64,000 bases of DNA from the NCBI GenBank assembly GCA_963740495.1, contig CAVUEK010000009.1, positions 80,722 to 144,721 on the forward strand. Direction: 5' to 3'. This document shows, one piece after another, positions 1-8,839 of the stretch. The position numbers and the translations under genes were made by a program. The notes under the pieces were generated by a model. The model was not told the DNA's origin, ran no database searches, and was given only the letters and a program-made list of their open reading frames with translations. This DNA is from an uncultured delta proteobacterium. GTDB taxonomy: Bacteria > Myxococcota_A > Polyangia > Polyangiales > CAVUEK01. How positions within the stretch are numbered: the stretch's first letter is position 1; every line of letters begins with the position of its first letter.

Positions 1-323
1 CGCATCACCTCGTGCTGAGCCGTCACAGCTACCAGCCTGGCATCGTCGTCTACTCGAAGCGCTGGTACGACTCGCTGCCTCACGATCTGCAACACGTCCT
101 CGACAGCGTACCGCAGCAGCTCGTCACGGACGGGCGCGAGGGCGTGCGCCAGATGGAGCCGATCCTGCTGCGCAACCTCAGGAGCCGAGGCATCGAGGTG
201 CACGAGATGAGCGCCGAGGAGCGAGCGGCGTTCGTCGAGGTCGCGGCGCCGGTGCCGGACCGCATCGCCCGCAAGGCCGGGCGAAACGGCCGGGCGCTCC
301 TCGCTGCGCTGCGGGCGCGCTGA
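1..323 (+). CDS. dctP: TRAP transporter substrate-binding protein (DctP family), 3' part only
   Basis: LSRHSYQPGIVVYSKRWYDSLP...GIEVHEMSAEERAAF resembles the DctP C-terminus; truncated by the window edge. Confidence 0.75.
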   Translation, partial: HHLVLSRHSYQPGIVVYSKRWYDSLPHDLQHVLDSVPQQLVTDGREGVRQMEPILLRNLRSRGIEVHEMSAEERAAFVEVAAPVPDRIARKAGRNGRALLAALRAR

Positions 324-368
324 GCCCCAAGCTCCCCGGCGAGGTCTTCGTGGCAATCCTCCCCGGTG

Positions 369-384
369 TGGTATGCACCGTGCA
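369..384 (+). promoter_or_regulatory. candidate sigma54 -24/-12 promoter upstream of rml operon
   Basis: TGGTATGCACCGTGCA has exact GG-N10-GC spacing. Confidence 0.35.
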
Positions 385-545
385 GAAATTTGTCGCGACT
401 GCGCGATGGAGTGGCACAAACACACCCCGATGAGGGAGGGTGTGACCGCCGCGTAGTGTCCGAGAGGCACAGTGTATCTTTCTTGCAACGGTCCCCCGGC
501 ACGCCCTCGGGGCGTGTGGTAGAGGGGCCGAATCGGAGAGCTTCG

Positions 546-1598
546 ATGCGTATTCTCGTCACCGGCGGCGCGGGCTTCATCGGGAGCAACTTCCTCTCTC
601 GATTCGTGCCCCGGCACCAAGAGCACGAGTTCATCAACCTCGACAAGCTCACCTACGCGGCGAACCTCCTGAGCCTCTCGGAGGTCGCGCAGCTGCCGAA
701 CTACAGGTTCGTCCAGGCCGACGTGGGCGACCGGGCCGAGGTCGAGGCGGTCTTCGACGAGCACCAGCCCGAGGTGATCGTCCACTTCGCCGCCGAGAGC
801 CACGTCGACCGCAGCATCCTCGACCCCGGCGAGTTTCTGCGGACGAACGTGCAGGGGACGCTGCACCTCCTCGAGGCGGCCCGGGCGAGCTGGGACGACG
901 GCGAGGGGCTCTTTCACCATGTGAGCACCGACGAGGTCTACGGCTCGCTCGGCGACACGGGCCACTTCGACGAGGCGAGCGCCTACGACCCGTCGAGCCC
1001 GTACTCGGCGTCCAAGGCCGCGAGCGACCACCTCGTCCGGGCGTGGCACCGAACCTACGGGTTGCCCGTGAAGGTGACCAACTGCTCGAACAACTACGGG
1101 CCGCGTCAGTTCCCCGAGAAGCTCGTGCCGCTGATGATCCTCCGCTGCCTCGAGCGGCGCCCGCTTCCGATCTACGGTCAGGGCCTCAACGTCCGCGACT
1201 GGCTCTACGTGGACGACCACTGCGACGCGATCTGGGCCGTCATCGAGCACGGACTGGTCGGCGAGACGTACAACGTCGGCGGCGGCGCCGAGCGGCGCAA
1301 CATCGACGTGGTGCAGTCGATCTGTCGGATCTTCGCCGAGGAAACGGGCGACGACCTCGACCGGTTGCTGTCGCTGATGACGTTCGTCACCGATCGACCC
1401 GGCCACGACCTGCGCTACGCGGTCGACGCCGGCAAGATCCGGCGCGAGTGCGGATGGGCGCCCGCCGACACGTTCGAGTCGGGCCTGCGAAAGACGATCC
1501 GCTGGTACCTCGACAACCGTACGTGGATCGACCGCGTTCGCTCGGGCGCATACCGCGAGTGGGTCGAGCGGCAGTACGTCCACACCGACGCGCTCTAG
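546..1598 (+). CDS. rmlB: dTDP-glucose 4,6-dehydratase
   Basis: [50 protein letters not shown]. Confidence 0.97.
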   Translation: MRILVTGGAGFIGSNFLSRFVPRHQEHEFINLDKLTYAANLLSLSEVAQLPNYRFVQADVGDRAEVEAVFDEHQPEVIVHFAAESHVDRSILDPGEFLRTNVQGTLHLLEAARASWDDGEGLFHHVSTDEVYGSLGDTGHFDEASAYDPSSPYSASKAASDHLVRAWHRTYGLPVKVTNCSNNYGPRQFPEKLVPLMILRCLERRPLPIYGQGLNVRDWLYVDDHCDAIWAVIEHGLVGETYNVGGGAERRNIDVVQSICRIFAEETGDDLDRLLSLMTFVTDRPGHDLRYAVDAGKIRRECGWAPADTFESGLRKTIRWYLDNRTWIDRVRSGAYREWVERQYVHTDAL

Positions 1599-1617
1599 CA
1601 CGACCACCGGACCTTCG

Positions 1618-2499
1618 ATGACTCGCAACGGAATCATCCTCGCCGGCGGCTCGGGCACGCGGCTCTTCCCGCTGACCCGCGCGGTGTCGAAGCAGCTCGT
1701 TCCCGTCTACGACAAGCCGATGATCTACTACCCGCTCACGACGCTCATGCTGGCGGGCATCCGGCGCATCCTCGTCATCAACACGCCGCACGAACAGCCG
1801 CTGTTCCGTCACCTGCTCGGGGATGGCTCGCAGTGGGGGCTCACGCTGGAGTACGCGGTGCAGCCCGAGCCGCGGGGGCTCGCCGAGGCGTTCCTCATCG
1901 GACGCCGCTTCGTGGGCCACGACCCGTGCGCGCTGATCCTCGGCGACAACATCTTCCACGGCCAGGGCCTACACGCGCTGCTCGAGAGCGTCTCGCGGCG
2001 CCAAGACGGGGCGACCATCTTCGGCTGCTGGGTCAAGGATCCGAACCGCTACGGCGTCGCCGAGATCGATCGCGAGGGATGCATCTCGGGGATCGAGGAG
2101 AAGCCGAAAGCGCCGAAGAGCCACTGGGCGATCCCGGGGCTCTACTTCTACGACGCGGACGTCGTCGACTTCGCGGAGAAGCTCGCACCGTCCGCCCGCG
2201 GGGAGCTCGAGATCACCGATCTCAACCGCCTGTACCTCGAGCGGCAGAGGCTCGGGTTCGAGCGGCTCGGGCGCGGCATCGCGTGGTTCGACACGGGGAC
2301 GCCGGACGCGCTCCTGCACGCGGCGAACTTCGTGCAGACCGTGCAGTCGCGACAGGGGTTGCAGATCGCGTGCCCAGAAGAGGTCGCGTGGCGCAAGCGC
2401 TGGATCGACGACGACGCGGTTCGCGAGCTCGCGCGCCCGCTCTCGAACACCGCGTACGGGCGCTATCTGCTCGACCTCGTCGACGACGAACGCCCATGA
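1618..2499 (+). CDS. rmlA: glucose-1-phosphate thymidylyltransferase
   Basis: GIILAGGSGTRLFP, SKQLVPVYDKPMIYYPL, SARGELEITD, WFDTGT. Confidence 0.97.
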   Translation: MTRNGIILAGGSGTRLFPLTRAVSKQLVPVYDKPMIYYPLTTLMLAGIRRILVINTPHEQPLFRHLLGDGSQWGLTLEYAVQPEPRGLAEAFLIGRRFVGHDPCALILGDNIFHGQGLHALLESVSRRQDGATIFGCWVKDPNRYGVAEIDREGCISGIEEKPKAPKSHWAIPGLYFYDADVVDFAEKLAPSARGELEITDLNRLYLERQRLGFERLGRGIAWFDTGTPDALLHAANFVQTVQSRQGLQIACPEEVAWRKRWIDDDAVRELARPLSNTAYGRYLLDLVDDERP

Positions 2500-3056
2500 G
2501 AGTGGAGACGACGAAGCTCGACGGGGTGCTCGTCCTCCACCCCCTGGTCCACGGCGACACGCGCGGCTTCTTCCAGGAGACCTGGGTCGAAGAGCGTTAC
2601 CGGGCCCACGGCATCGGCCCGCACTTCGTCCAAGACAACCTCTCGCGCTCGGTGCGCGGCACGATCCGCGGGTTGCACCTACAGCACCCCGACGATCAGG
2701 GAAAGCTCGTGTTCGTCCCGTACGGGGAGGCGCTCGACGTCGCCGTCGACGTGCGCGTCGGCTCGCCCACGTTCGGCCGAAACCGCGCGAGCTGTTGTCG
2801 GGCGAGAACCACCGCCAGCTCTGGATCCCCTCCGGGCTTCGCGCACGGGTTCGCCGTCCGGAGCGAGACGGTCGTGTTCGCGTACAAGTGCACCGGCCCG
2901 TACAGCCCGAGGTCCGAGATCGGGATCGCGTGGGACGACCCCGATTTGCGGATCCCGTGGGACGTCGCCGAGCCGCTCGTCTCCGAGAAGGACCGCGCTC
3001 AGCCCAGGCTCTCGGAGATCGATCCGCGGACGCTCCCGCGCTGGGCCGCGGGGTGA
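2496..3056 (+). CDS. rmlC: dTDP-4-dehydrorhamnose 3,5-epimerase (compensating frameshift pair ~2780-2830)
   Basis: GDTRGFFQE, QDNLSRS, RGLHLQ, DVRVGSPTFG, GFAHGF; the expected LSGENHRQLWIP lies in the adjacent frame. Confidence 0.95.
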   Translation: MRVETTKLDGVLVLHPLVHGDTRGFFQETWVEERYRAHGIGPHFVQDNLSRSVRGTIRGLHLQHPDDQGKLVFVPYGEALDVAVDVRVGSPTFGRNRASCCRARTTASSGSPPGFAHGFAVRSETVVFAYKCTGPYSPRSEIGIAWDDPDLRIPWDVAEPLVSEKDRAQPRLSEIDPRTLPRWAAG

Positions 3057-3901
3057 CCCGGAGCGTTCGCGGCCCGGTCGTGCTCGTGGGCGCGAGCGGC
3101 ATGCTCGGGCGCGCGATGGTCGACGCGCTCGACGCAGAGAGCGCCGAGGTGCGTGTCCCGGCGCGAAGCGCGCTCGACCTCGAGCGCCCGGAGACGATTC
3201 GCGACGCGGTCTCGTCGAACGCGGCGCTCGTGATCAATTGCGCGGCCTACACGGACGTCGACGGCGCCGAGCGGGAAGAGGAGAGAGCCGTGCGCACGAA
3301 CGGCGACGGCGTGGGGCGGCTCGCCGAACGATGCCGCGAGGTCGGCGCGTTGCTCGTCCACTTCTCGACCGACTACGTCTTCGACGGAACCCGCTCCGAG
3401 CCGTACGCGGTCGACCACGCGCGCTCGCCGATCAACGCGTACGGGCGGAGCAAGGCTCGAGGCGAGGAGCTCTTGCTCGCGTCGGGCGCGCGCCACCTCC
3501 TCGTGCGGACGAGCTGGCTCCACGCCCCGTGGGGCAAGTGCTTTCCGCGCACGATCGTCGAGCTCGCCCGCGCGAGGGGCTCGATCCGCGTGGTCCACGA
3601 TCAGCGCGGACGGCCGACCTTCGCGCCGCACCTCGCGAGCGCGGCGCTCGAGCTCGCGCTCCGCGGCGGCGAGGGAACCTTTCACGTGACCGACGGAGGC
3701 GAGTGCTCGTGGTTCGAGCTCGCGCGAGCTGTCGTCGAGACGGCGGGGCTATCGTGCGTCGTCGAGCCATGCACGACGCGAGACATGCCGCGTCCGGCAG
3801 CTCGGCCGGAGCGCTCGGTGCTCGACTTGTCGAAGACCGAAGCGGTGCTCGGACCGATGCCGCCCTGGACCGAGCACCTCGGTCATCTCCGCGCCTCGTA
3901 G
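3053..3901 (+). CDS. rmlD: dTDP-4-dehydrorhamnose reductase
   Basis: GASGMLG, INCAAYTDVDGAE, STDYVFDG, YGRSK, DQRGRPT, AARP; GTG overlaps the rmlC stop. Confidence 0.95.
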   Translation: MTRSVRGPVVLVGASGMLGRAMVDALDAESAEVRVPARSALDLERPETIRDAVSSNAALVINCAAYTDVDGAEREEERAVRTNGDGVGRLAERCREVGALLVHFSTDYVFDGTRSEPYAVDHARSPINAYGRSKARGEELLLASGARHLLVRTSWLHAPWGKCFPRTIVELARARGSIRVVHDQRGRPTFAPHLASAALELALRGGEGTFHVTDGGECSWFELARAVVETAGLSCVVEPCTTRDMPRPAARPERSVLDLSKTEAVLGPMPPWTEHLGHLRAS

Positions 3902-5535
3902 ATCTCGAAGCGCTCGACGGGCTCGAGCGTCAGCGTCCACGGCACGCCCTGCCACACGGAGTAGAAGCCGAGGCGCGTCGTGACAGTGCGAAAGAGGTCG
4001 AGCGGGCCGCCGGGCACCTCGCGCGTCTCGCGGAGATCGAGCCGGGCGCGGTCGCGCTCGGCGAGCGCGGAGTGATCGACCGTCGTCGGAACGACGACGA
4101 GGTCGCCTCGCGCGAGCTCGCTCTCGCCGGGAACGTAGGCTCGCATCCCCGCGCGCTCCGCGTAGTACTGAAAGCCCCAATGGCCGTCGTACCAGACGGT
4201 GTGGCCCGCGCCGGCCTCGGTCGCGAGCTCGGGCGCCGCGTCCTCGAACACCGCCGCGTAGCGGTGATCGGCGAGCGCGACGACGAGCCCGAGCGCGATC
4301 GTCAGCGCGAGAGCCCCTCGCGTCGCCGGGATGCGCCCGTCGGCGAGGAGGAGAAGGAGGACCGGCGGGACGACGAGCAGGACGTGTCGCACCGCGACGA
4401 ACGGCGAGAGTAGAACGACGAAGCTCGTCGTGACGAGCGCCCACGCGCCGATGATGGACGCGATGCGCGCGAGCCGCACGTCGTCGGACCGCGCGAGGCG
4501 ACGCGCCGCGAGCGCGGTGTGCGTGGCGACGGCGATGCCTGCCGCCGCGAAGGCCGCGCGAAGGAGGCTCGTCGCGACGCTCTCGTCGCGCATCTCCGCC
4601 GGCCCGTACGCGGCGAGGCCGCGGCCGACGAGCGTCCCGAGGGCGACGAACGCGAGCGATCCCGCGAGCACGACGCGCCCGCGCCGCGAGCGGAGCGCCG
4701 CGGGAACGGCGCCTGCCGCGAACGGCACGACCGCGCCGAGCGTCACGAGGAACAGACCGAAGCGACCGATCGTGACGCCGACCGTCGCGCCGATTCCGCC
4801 GACGTGCGCGCTGTCCATCGGACGCGAAAGGATGTGGACGCCACCGTAGTCCACGAGGTTGAAGACGGACCACGCGACGAGCGCGAGGATCGGGACGAGC
4901 ACCGCGAGGTACCGCTTCGGCTTGCGGGAGAGGCGGGCGTCGAGCGCGAGCACCGGCAGGAGCGCGAGGCCGGTGTACTTGACGAGGCATGCGGCCGCGA
5001 CGGCGAACGCGGCCCCGAGCGTGGCTCGATCGCCGTCGGCACCGGACTCGTCGTGGCGCGCGGCGCGCGCGAGACCAGCGATCGCGACGAGAAAGAGCGA
5101 GACGAGCGGAACGTCGGTCATCAGGTTCTGCGACGGGAGGAGCGCGGGCCCGAGGAGAAACGCCACGACCGCCCAAGCGCTCCTCCTCACGTCCAGATCG
5201 ATCGACCGCGCGAGTCGGTAGAGCGAGATCGCTCCGAGCCCGGCGAAGAGCGAGACGAGGAGGTGGGCGAGGACGAGCGAGCGATCGAGCGCGAGCGTCG
5301 CGGCGAGGGCGTAGAAGAAGAGGTGCGGTTGGTTGAGGTCGTGGATCGGCGCCGGTCGCTCGCCCCAGTGCACCACTCCCGACATCGGGTGGACCGGGTC
5401 TCGGAGGATGTGCTCGGCGATCGCGAGGTGGGCGGTGTCGTCGATGTGGACGGGCTTCCAGGCGTTCACCGCCGCTGCGACGGCCCAGGCGAGCACCATC
5501 GCGAATCGGGCGCGCGCGATCTCGCGGCCGTTCAC
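3883..5535 (-). CDS. GT-C fold membrane glycosyltransferase (ArnT/PMT-like)
   Basis: HIDD acidic motif after TM1, many TM helices, VKYTGL; GTG overlaps the stop of the oxygenase. Confidence 0.7.
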   Translation of the reverse strand: MNGREIARARFAMVLAWAVAAAVNAWKPVHIDDTAHLAIAEHILRDPVHPMSGVVHWGERPAPIHDLNQPHLFFYALAATLALDRSLVLAHLLVSLFAGLGAISLYRLARSIDLDVRRSAWAVVAFLLGPALLPSQNLMTDVPLVSLFLVAIAGLARAARHDESGADGDRATLGAAFAVAAACLVKYTGLALLPVLALDARLSRKPKRYLAVLVPILALVAWSVFNLVDYGGVHILSRPMDSAHVGGIGATVGVTIGRFGLFLVTLGAVVPFAAGAVPAALRSRRGRVVLAGSLAFVALGTLVGRGLAAYGPAEMRDESVATSLLRAAFAAAGIAVATHTALAARRLARSDDVRLARIASIIGAWALVTTSFVVLLSPFVAVRHVLLVVPPVLLLLLADGRIPATRGALALTIALGLVVALADHRYAAVFEDAAPELATEAGAGHTVWYDGHWGFQYYAERAGMRAYVPGESELARGDLVVVPTTVDHSALAERDRARLDLRETREVPGGPLDLFRTVTTRLGFYSVWQGVPWTLTLEPVERFEIYEARR

Positions 5536-6344
5536 CCGCGTCGCCGCGTCATCCGCTCGAACGTGTTGAGCACGATGGGCGGGCACAGCTGCTCGCCGAT
5601 CTCGCGGAACGTGAGGGGGATGCGCTCGCCCGGACGGCGTCGAAACACCGTGCTGTGGTCGACGCCCGCCCGAGCCGGTGGCGCTTCGGGCGTGTAGTAG
5701 TAGAGGGCCATCGACTTGCGCGTTCGATCGGGAGGGCACGCGAGGGGGTCGGGGTGGCCGTGGTACGAGATGTCGCTCGTCTCGAACAGGACGAGGCGGT
5801 TCGCGAGAGGCTCGACCGAGCGGTCGCAGCGCGACACGTCGGCGTTCCAGAGCTCGAGGTTGCCGCCCCACTCGGGGCTCCAGTCTTCGTTGAGATAGAG
5901 GAGCGCGTTGAGGCGTCGGAAGAGGCCGGTGCGCGAGTGGCGGCTGAAGTCCACGTGAACCTTGAGGAGGCCCCCGGGAACGATTTGGTGCAGGCCGCCG
6001 CCCTCGAACCAGGAGTCGGCGACGAGGCGTTCGATACCGGTCAGCTCTTCGAGGAACGCGAGGAACGCTGCGGAGTTGAACTGCGCGAGCACGTGGCGCG
6101 TCAACGGCCCGAGGTCGCGGTCGCGGCTCGACGCGAGCTTGCGCTGGCGGGGCTCCTCGAACCTCTGCCAGCGCGGCGCGTCGGGCGAGGGGAACTCCTC
6201 GAGGAGACCGCGCACGATCTCGGGCGGGAGAAAGTCGTCGATCACGACGTGCGGAAACGGAGACGCCGTCCGGTACTCGGCGCGGTGCGCGCTGCCGCGC
6301 TCGACGAGCGAGTCATGGTCGAAGAAGAAGAGAGGCTGTTCCAC
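5532..6344 (-). CDS. 2OG-Fe(II) oxygenase (prolyl-hydroxylase-like)
   Basis: PFPHVVIDDFL, HVD...H facial triad (KVHVDF, SYHGH), WGGNLELW, RKS. Confidence 0.9.
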   Translation of the reverse strand: MEQPLFFFDHDSLVERGSAHRAEYRTASPFPHVVIDDFLPPEIVRGLLEEFPSPDAPRWQRFEEPRQRKLASSRDRDLGPLTRHVLAQFNSAAFLAFLEELTGIERLVADSWFEGGGLHQIVPGGLLKVHVDFSRHSRTGLFRRLNALLYLNEDWSPEWGGNLELWNADVSRCDRSVEPLANRLVLFETSDISYHGHPDPLACPPDRTRKSMALYYYTPEAPPARAGVDHSTVFRRRPGERIPLTFREIGEQLCPPIVLNTFERMTRRRG

Positions 6345-6391
6345 GAGGCCCGACTTGCGCTACCCATGCCGCGGAGGCTAAACCCCGCCGG

Positions 6392-7294
6392 ATGCCGCGG
6401 CTGAGTGTTGTCGTCCCGTCGTACAACGCGCAAGCGCTCTTGTCGCGCGCGCTCGAGCGGCTCGCACAGACCGCGAACGGCGCCGAGATCATCGTCGTCG
6501 ACGGCGGCTCGAAGGATGGCTCTCCCTCCATCGTTCGCGAGCAATTTCCGCGAGTTAAGCTCATCGAGCAGCCGAACTATGGCTGGGGTCATGCCACCAA
6601 CCGAGGGATCGAGGCGGCGTCCGGCGACCTCGTGCTCATGATGAATTCCGACCTGTTCCTGAGCACTCCGGCGCTCGACGCGATGGAGGAGCGACTCCTC
6701 TCGAGCCCGGGCGTCGGCGCCGTCGGGCCGTATCTCCTGAACGAGGACGGCACGCGCCAGCGCGTGTTCTCCGCGCTGCACTGGCCGCGGTACGTGCCGA
6801 TGGTCGGCCCGATCTCGGTGCCGGTCGTCTCGGGCGCGTGCATGATGACGCGACGCGACGTGCTGAGCCGCGTCGGGCTCTTCGACGAAGGCTTCTTCAT
6901 GTACAACGAGGAGTACGACTTCTGCGGCCGCATGCGTGAGCACGGCTACCGCGCCGAGCTCGTACCGTTCGGCGTCGTGCACGTCGGCGGCGGGTCGACG
7001 CAGCCCTCTCACGAGCTCGTGCTCGAGACGCACCGCGGGTTCATGTACCTGATGGACAAGCGTCATCCCGGCGTCGTGAGCGAAGGAGTCCGACGCCTGA
7101 TGCAGCTCAAGGGCTGGTTCGGCAAGCGGTTCGAGCGCGAGCCGGCGAAGCGCGAGATGTGGGCGCAGCTCGAGTCGATCGCGGCGCGGGAGGCGTACAC
7201 CGAGAGCCCGTTCGAGCTCAGCGGGCGCCGAGAGGTACGCTTCAAGCGCGGCTCGAACGGCAAGTCGAACGGCAAGTCGAACGGCGGGCGCTGA
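6392..7294 (+). CDS. glycosyltransferase family 2 (WbbL-like, possibly rhamnosyltransferase)
   Basis: SVVVPSYN, IVVDGGSKD, NSD, VSGACMM, FDEGFFMYNEEYD. Confidence 0.9.
   Translation: MPRLSVVVPSYNAQALLSRALERLAQTANGAEIIVVDGGSKDGSPSIVREQFPRVKLIEQPNYGWGHATNRGIEAASGDLVLMMNSDLFLSTPALDAMEERLLSSPGVGAVGPYLLNEDGTRQRVFSALHWPRYVPMVGPISVPVVSGACMMTRRDVLSRVGLFDEGFFMYNEEYDFCGRMREHGYRAELVPFGVVHVGGGSTQPSHELVLETHRGFMYLMDKRHPGVVSEGVRRLMQLKGWFGKRFEREPAKREMWAQLESIAAREAYTESPFELSGRREVRFKRGSNGKSNGKSNGGR
7253..7285 (+). repeat. 12-bp tandem repeat TCGAACGGCAAG x2.75 (SNGK tail)
   Basis: Directly visible at the 3' end of the GT2 gene. Confidence 0.8.
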
Positions 7295-7306
7295 GCGTCG
7301 AGTCGG

Positions 7307-8839
7307 TCAGACGCGCGAGCTGTCTCGAGCCGACGCGAGGCTCTGCGACGCCTCCGCGCTCGTGCGCGCGGTGTCCTCGAGGATGAAGTCGATCGTGGGG
7401 CGCGACTCCGCCACGACGAAGATCTGGTAGCTGAAGAGGGTGCGGCTGACCCGGATGAGCGCCTCGTTCGCTCGGAGCAGCGCGTGAGCGAGGGCGTTGT
7501 CCCCGACCGCTTTCGGGAAAGGCGCCGGAACCCCGCGCACCTCCTTCACTCGGAGGCCCGCGTCGTCGAGGAGCTGGAGGAACGACCGGAAGGTGAAGAG
7601 GCGCGTGTGCGTCCTGTCGAGGATGCCGCGCTTGCCGTAGTTGAACTGCCCGGCGAGCAGCATCAGCCGTGGGATCGCGAAGGCGACGTTCGGTGTGGTG
7701 ATGACGATCGTCTGGCGCTCGTTCGTGAACTTGCGGCGGAGCTCGTCGAGGAACGTCTCGGGCGAGGCCAGGTGCTCGATGACGTCCAGCACCAGCACGT
7801 GCGAGTACCGCTCGATGTCGAGATCGAGCGGCTCGTTCAGATCGTGGAGGTGTAGATCTACGCCCTCGGGAAGATCCGGCAGCGTGCGGTCGACCACGGT
7901 GACCTCGCAGCGCTTGTCGACGAGCGCGCGCGCGACGGCCCCAGGCCCTGCGCCGAGGTCGAGCACCTTCGCGCCGGCGGGCACGCTCTCGACGGCGAGC
8001 TGGTGCGTGGACGCCCACCCGAGCTTCTCCTCGTAGTGGACGTTCGCGTCGTCGTCCGGTGCGGGATCGAACCGACGTTGGTAGAGGAGCCCCATGCGGT
8101 GGAGCGCGTTCTTCGTCGTCGCGACCATCACGTCCTTGGCGTACCTCATGCCGTTCACACGGCTGATCTCGTCGCCGTAGTACGTGGGGATCGGGATCTC
8201 GACGATGCGCTGCTCCGCGTTGAGCAGCTGGATGATGATCTCCGTGTCGAAGTGGAAGTCGTTCGAGTCGAGGAGGTACTTGACGCGCGAGAGCGCCCTG
8301 GTGGAGTAGGCGCGGTACCCGCTGTGGAACTCCGACAGGCTCGTGCGCAGGAGCGCGTTCTGAGCTGTCGTGAGGATCCGATTGCCGACGTACTTGTAGA
8401 GCGGCATCCCTCCACGAAGCGCGCCGAGCGTGGTCATCATGCGGCTTCCAAACACCGCGTCGGCTTCGCCGCGCGCCACCGGGGCGATCATCCTCGGCAG
8501 CTCTTCGGGAGCGTACTGGCCGTCGCCGTGGAGCATCACCACCACATCGAAGCCGTTCCGCAGGGCCCAGGTGTAGCCGACCTTCTGGTTGCCCCCGTAG
8601 CCCTGGTTGACGCTGTTCGTGAGCACCGTCATCGCCACGGACGGGTGCGTGCGACGGTACTCCTCGCCGATCGCGAACGTACGGTCCGCCGACGCGTCGT
8701 CGACGACGAGGATCTCGGCGTCGTACGAGCGGAAGACCTCGTCCGGGATACGGTCGAGCACGCGCTCCAGGGTCGCCTCCGCCTGGTACGCGATGACGAA
8801 GATGCAGACGCGTCTGCGCTGCTTCGACCCCTCGTTCAT
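7307..8839 (-). CDS. bifunctional GT2 (polyprenyl-P-sugar synthase-like) / class I SAM methyltransferase
   Basis: VVDDASAD, GYGGNQK, HGDGQY, FHSGYRAY, FDTEI; C-terminal VLDLGAGPG, DVIEHL, GILDRTH. Confidence 0.92.
   Translation of the reverse strand: MNEGSKQRRRVCIFVIAYQAEATLERVLDRIPDEVFRSYDAEILVVDDASADRTFAIGEEYRRTHPSVAMTVLTNSVNQGYGGNQKVGYTWALRNGFDVVVMLHGDGQYAPEELPRMIAPVARGEADAVFGSRMMTTLGALRGGMPLYKYVGNRILTTAQNALLRTSLSEFHSGYRAYSTRALSRVKYLLDSNDFHFDTEIIIQLLNAEQRIVEIPIPTYYGDEISRVNGMRYAKDVMVATTKNALHRMGLLYQRRFDPAPDDDANVHYEEKLGWASTHQLAVESVPAGAKVLDLGAGPGAVARALVDKRCEVTVVDRTLPDLPEGVDLHLHDLNEPLDLDIERYSHVLVLDVIEHLASPETFLDELRRKFTNERQTIVITTPNVAFAIPRLMLLAGQFNYGKRGILDRTHTRLFTFRSFLQLLDDAGLRVKEVRGVPAPFPKAVGDNALAHALLRANEALIRVSRTLFSYQIFVVAESRPTIDFILEDTARTSAEASQSLASARDSSRV

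Noticed and set aside
445-460. ops/JUMPstart element before rml
   Set aside because: GCCGCGTAGTGT only loosely resembles GGCGGTAG
7253-7285. Phase-variable repeat in the GT2 gene
   Set aside because: The unit is 12 bp, in frame and at the extreme C-terminus, so copy change would not switch the gene
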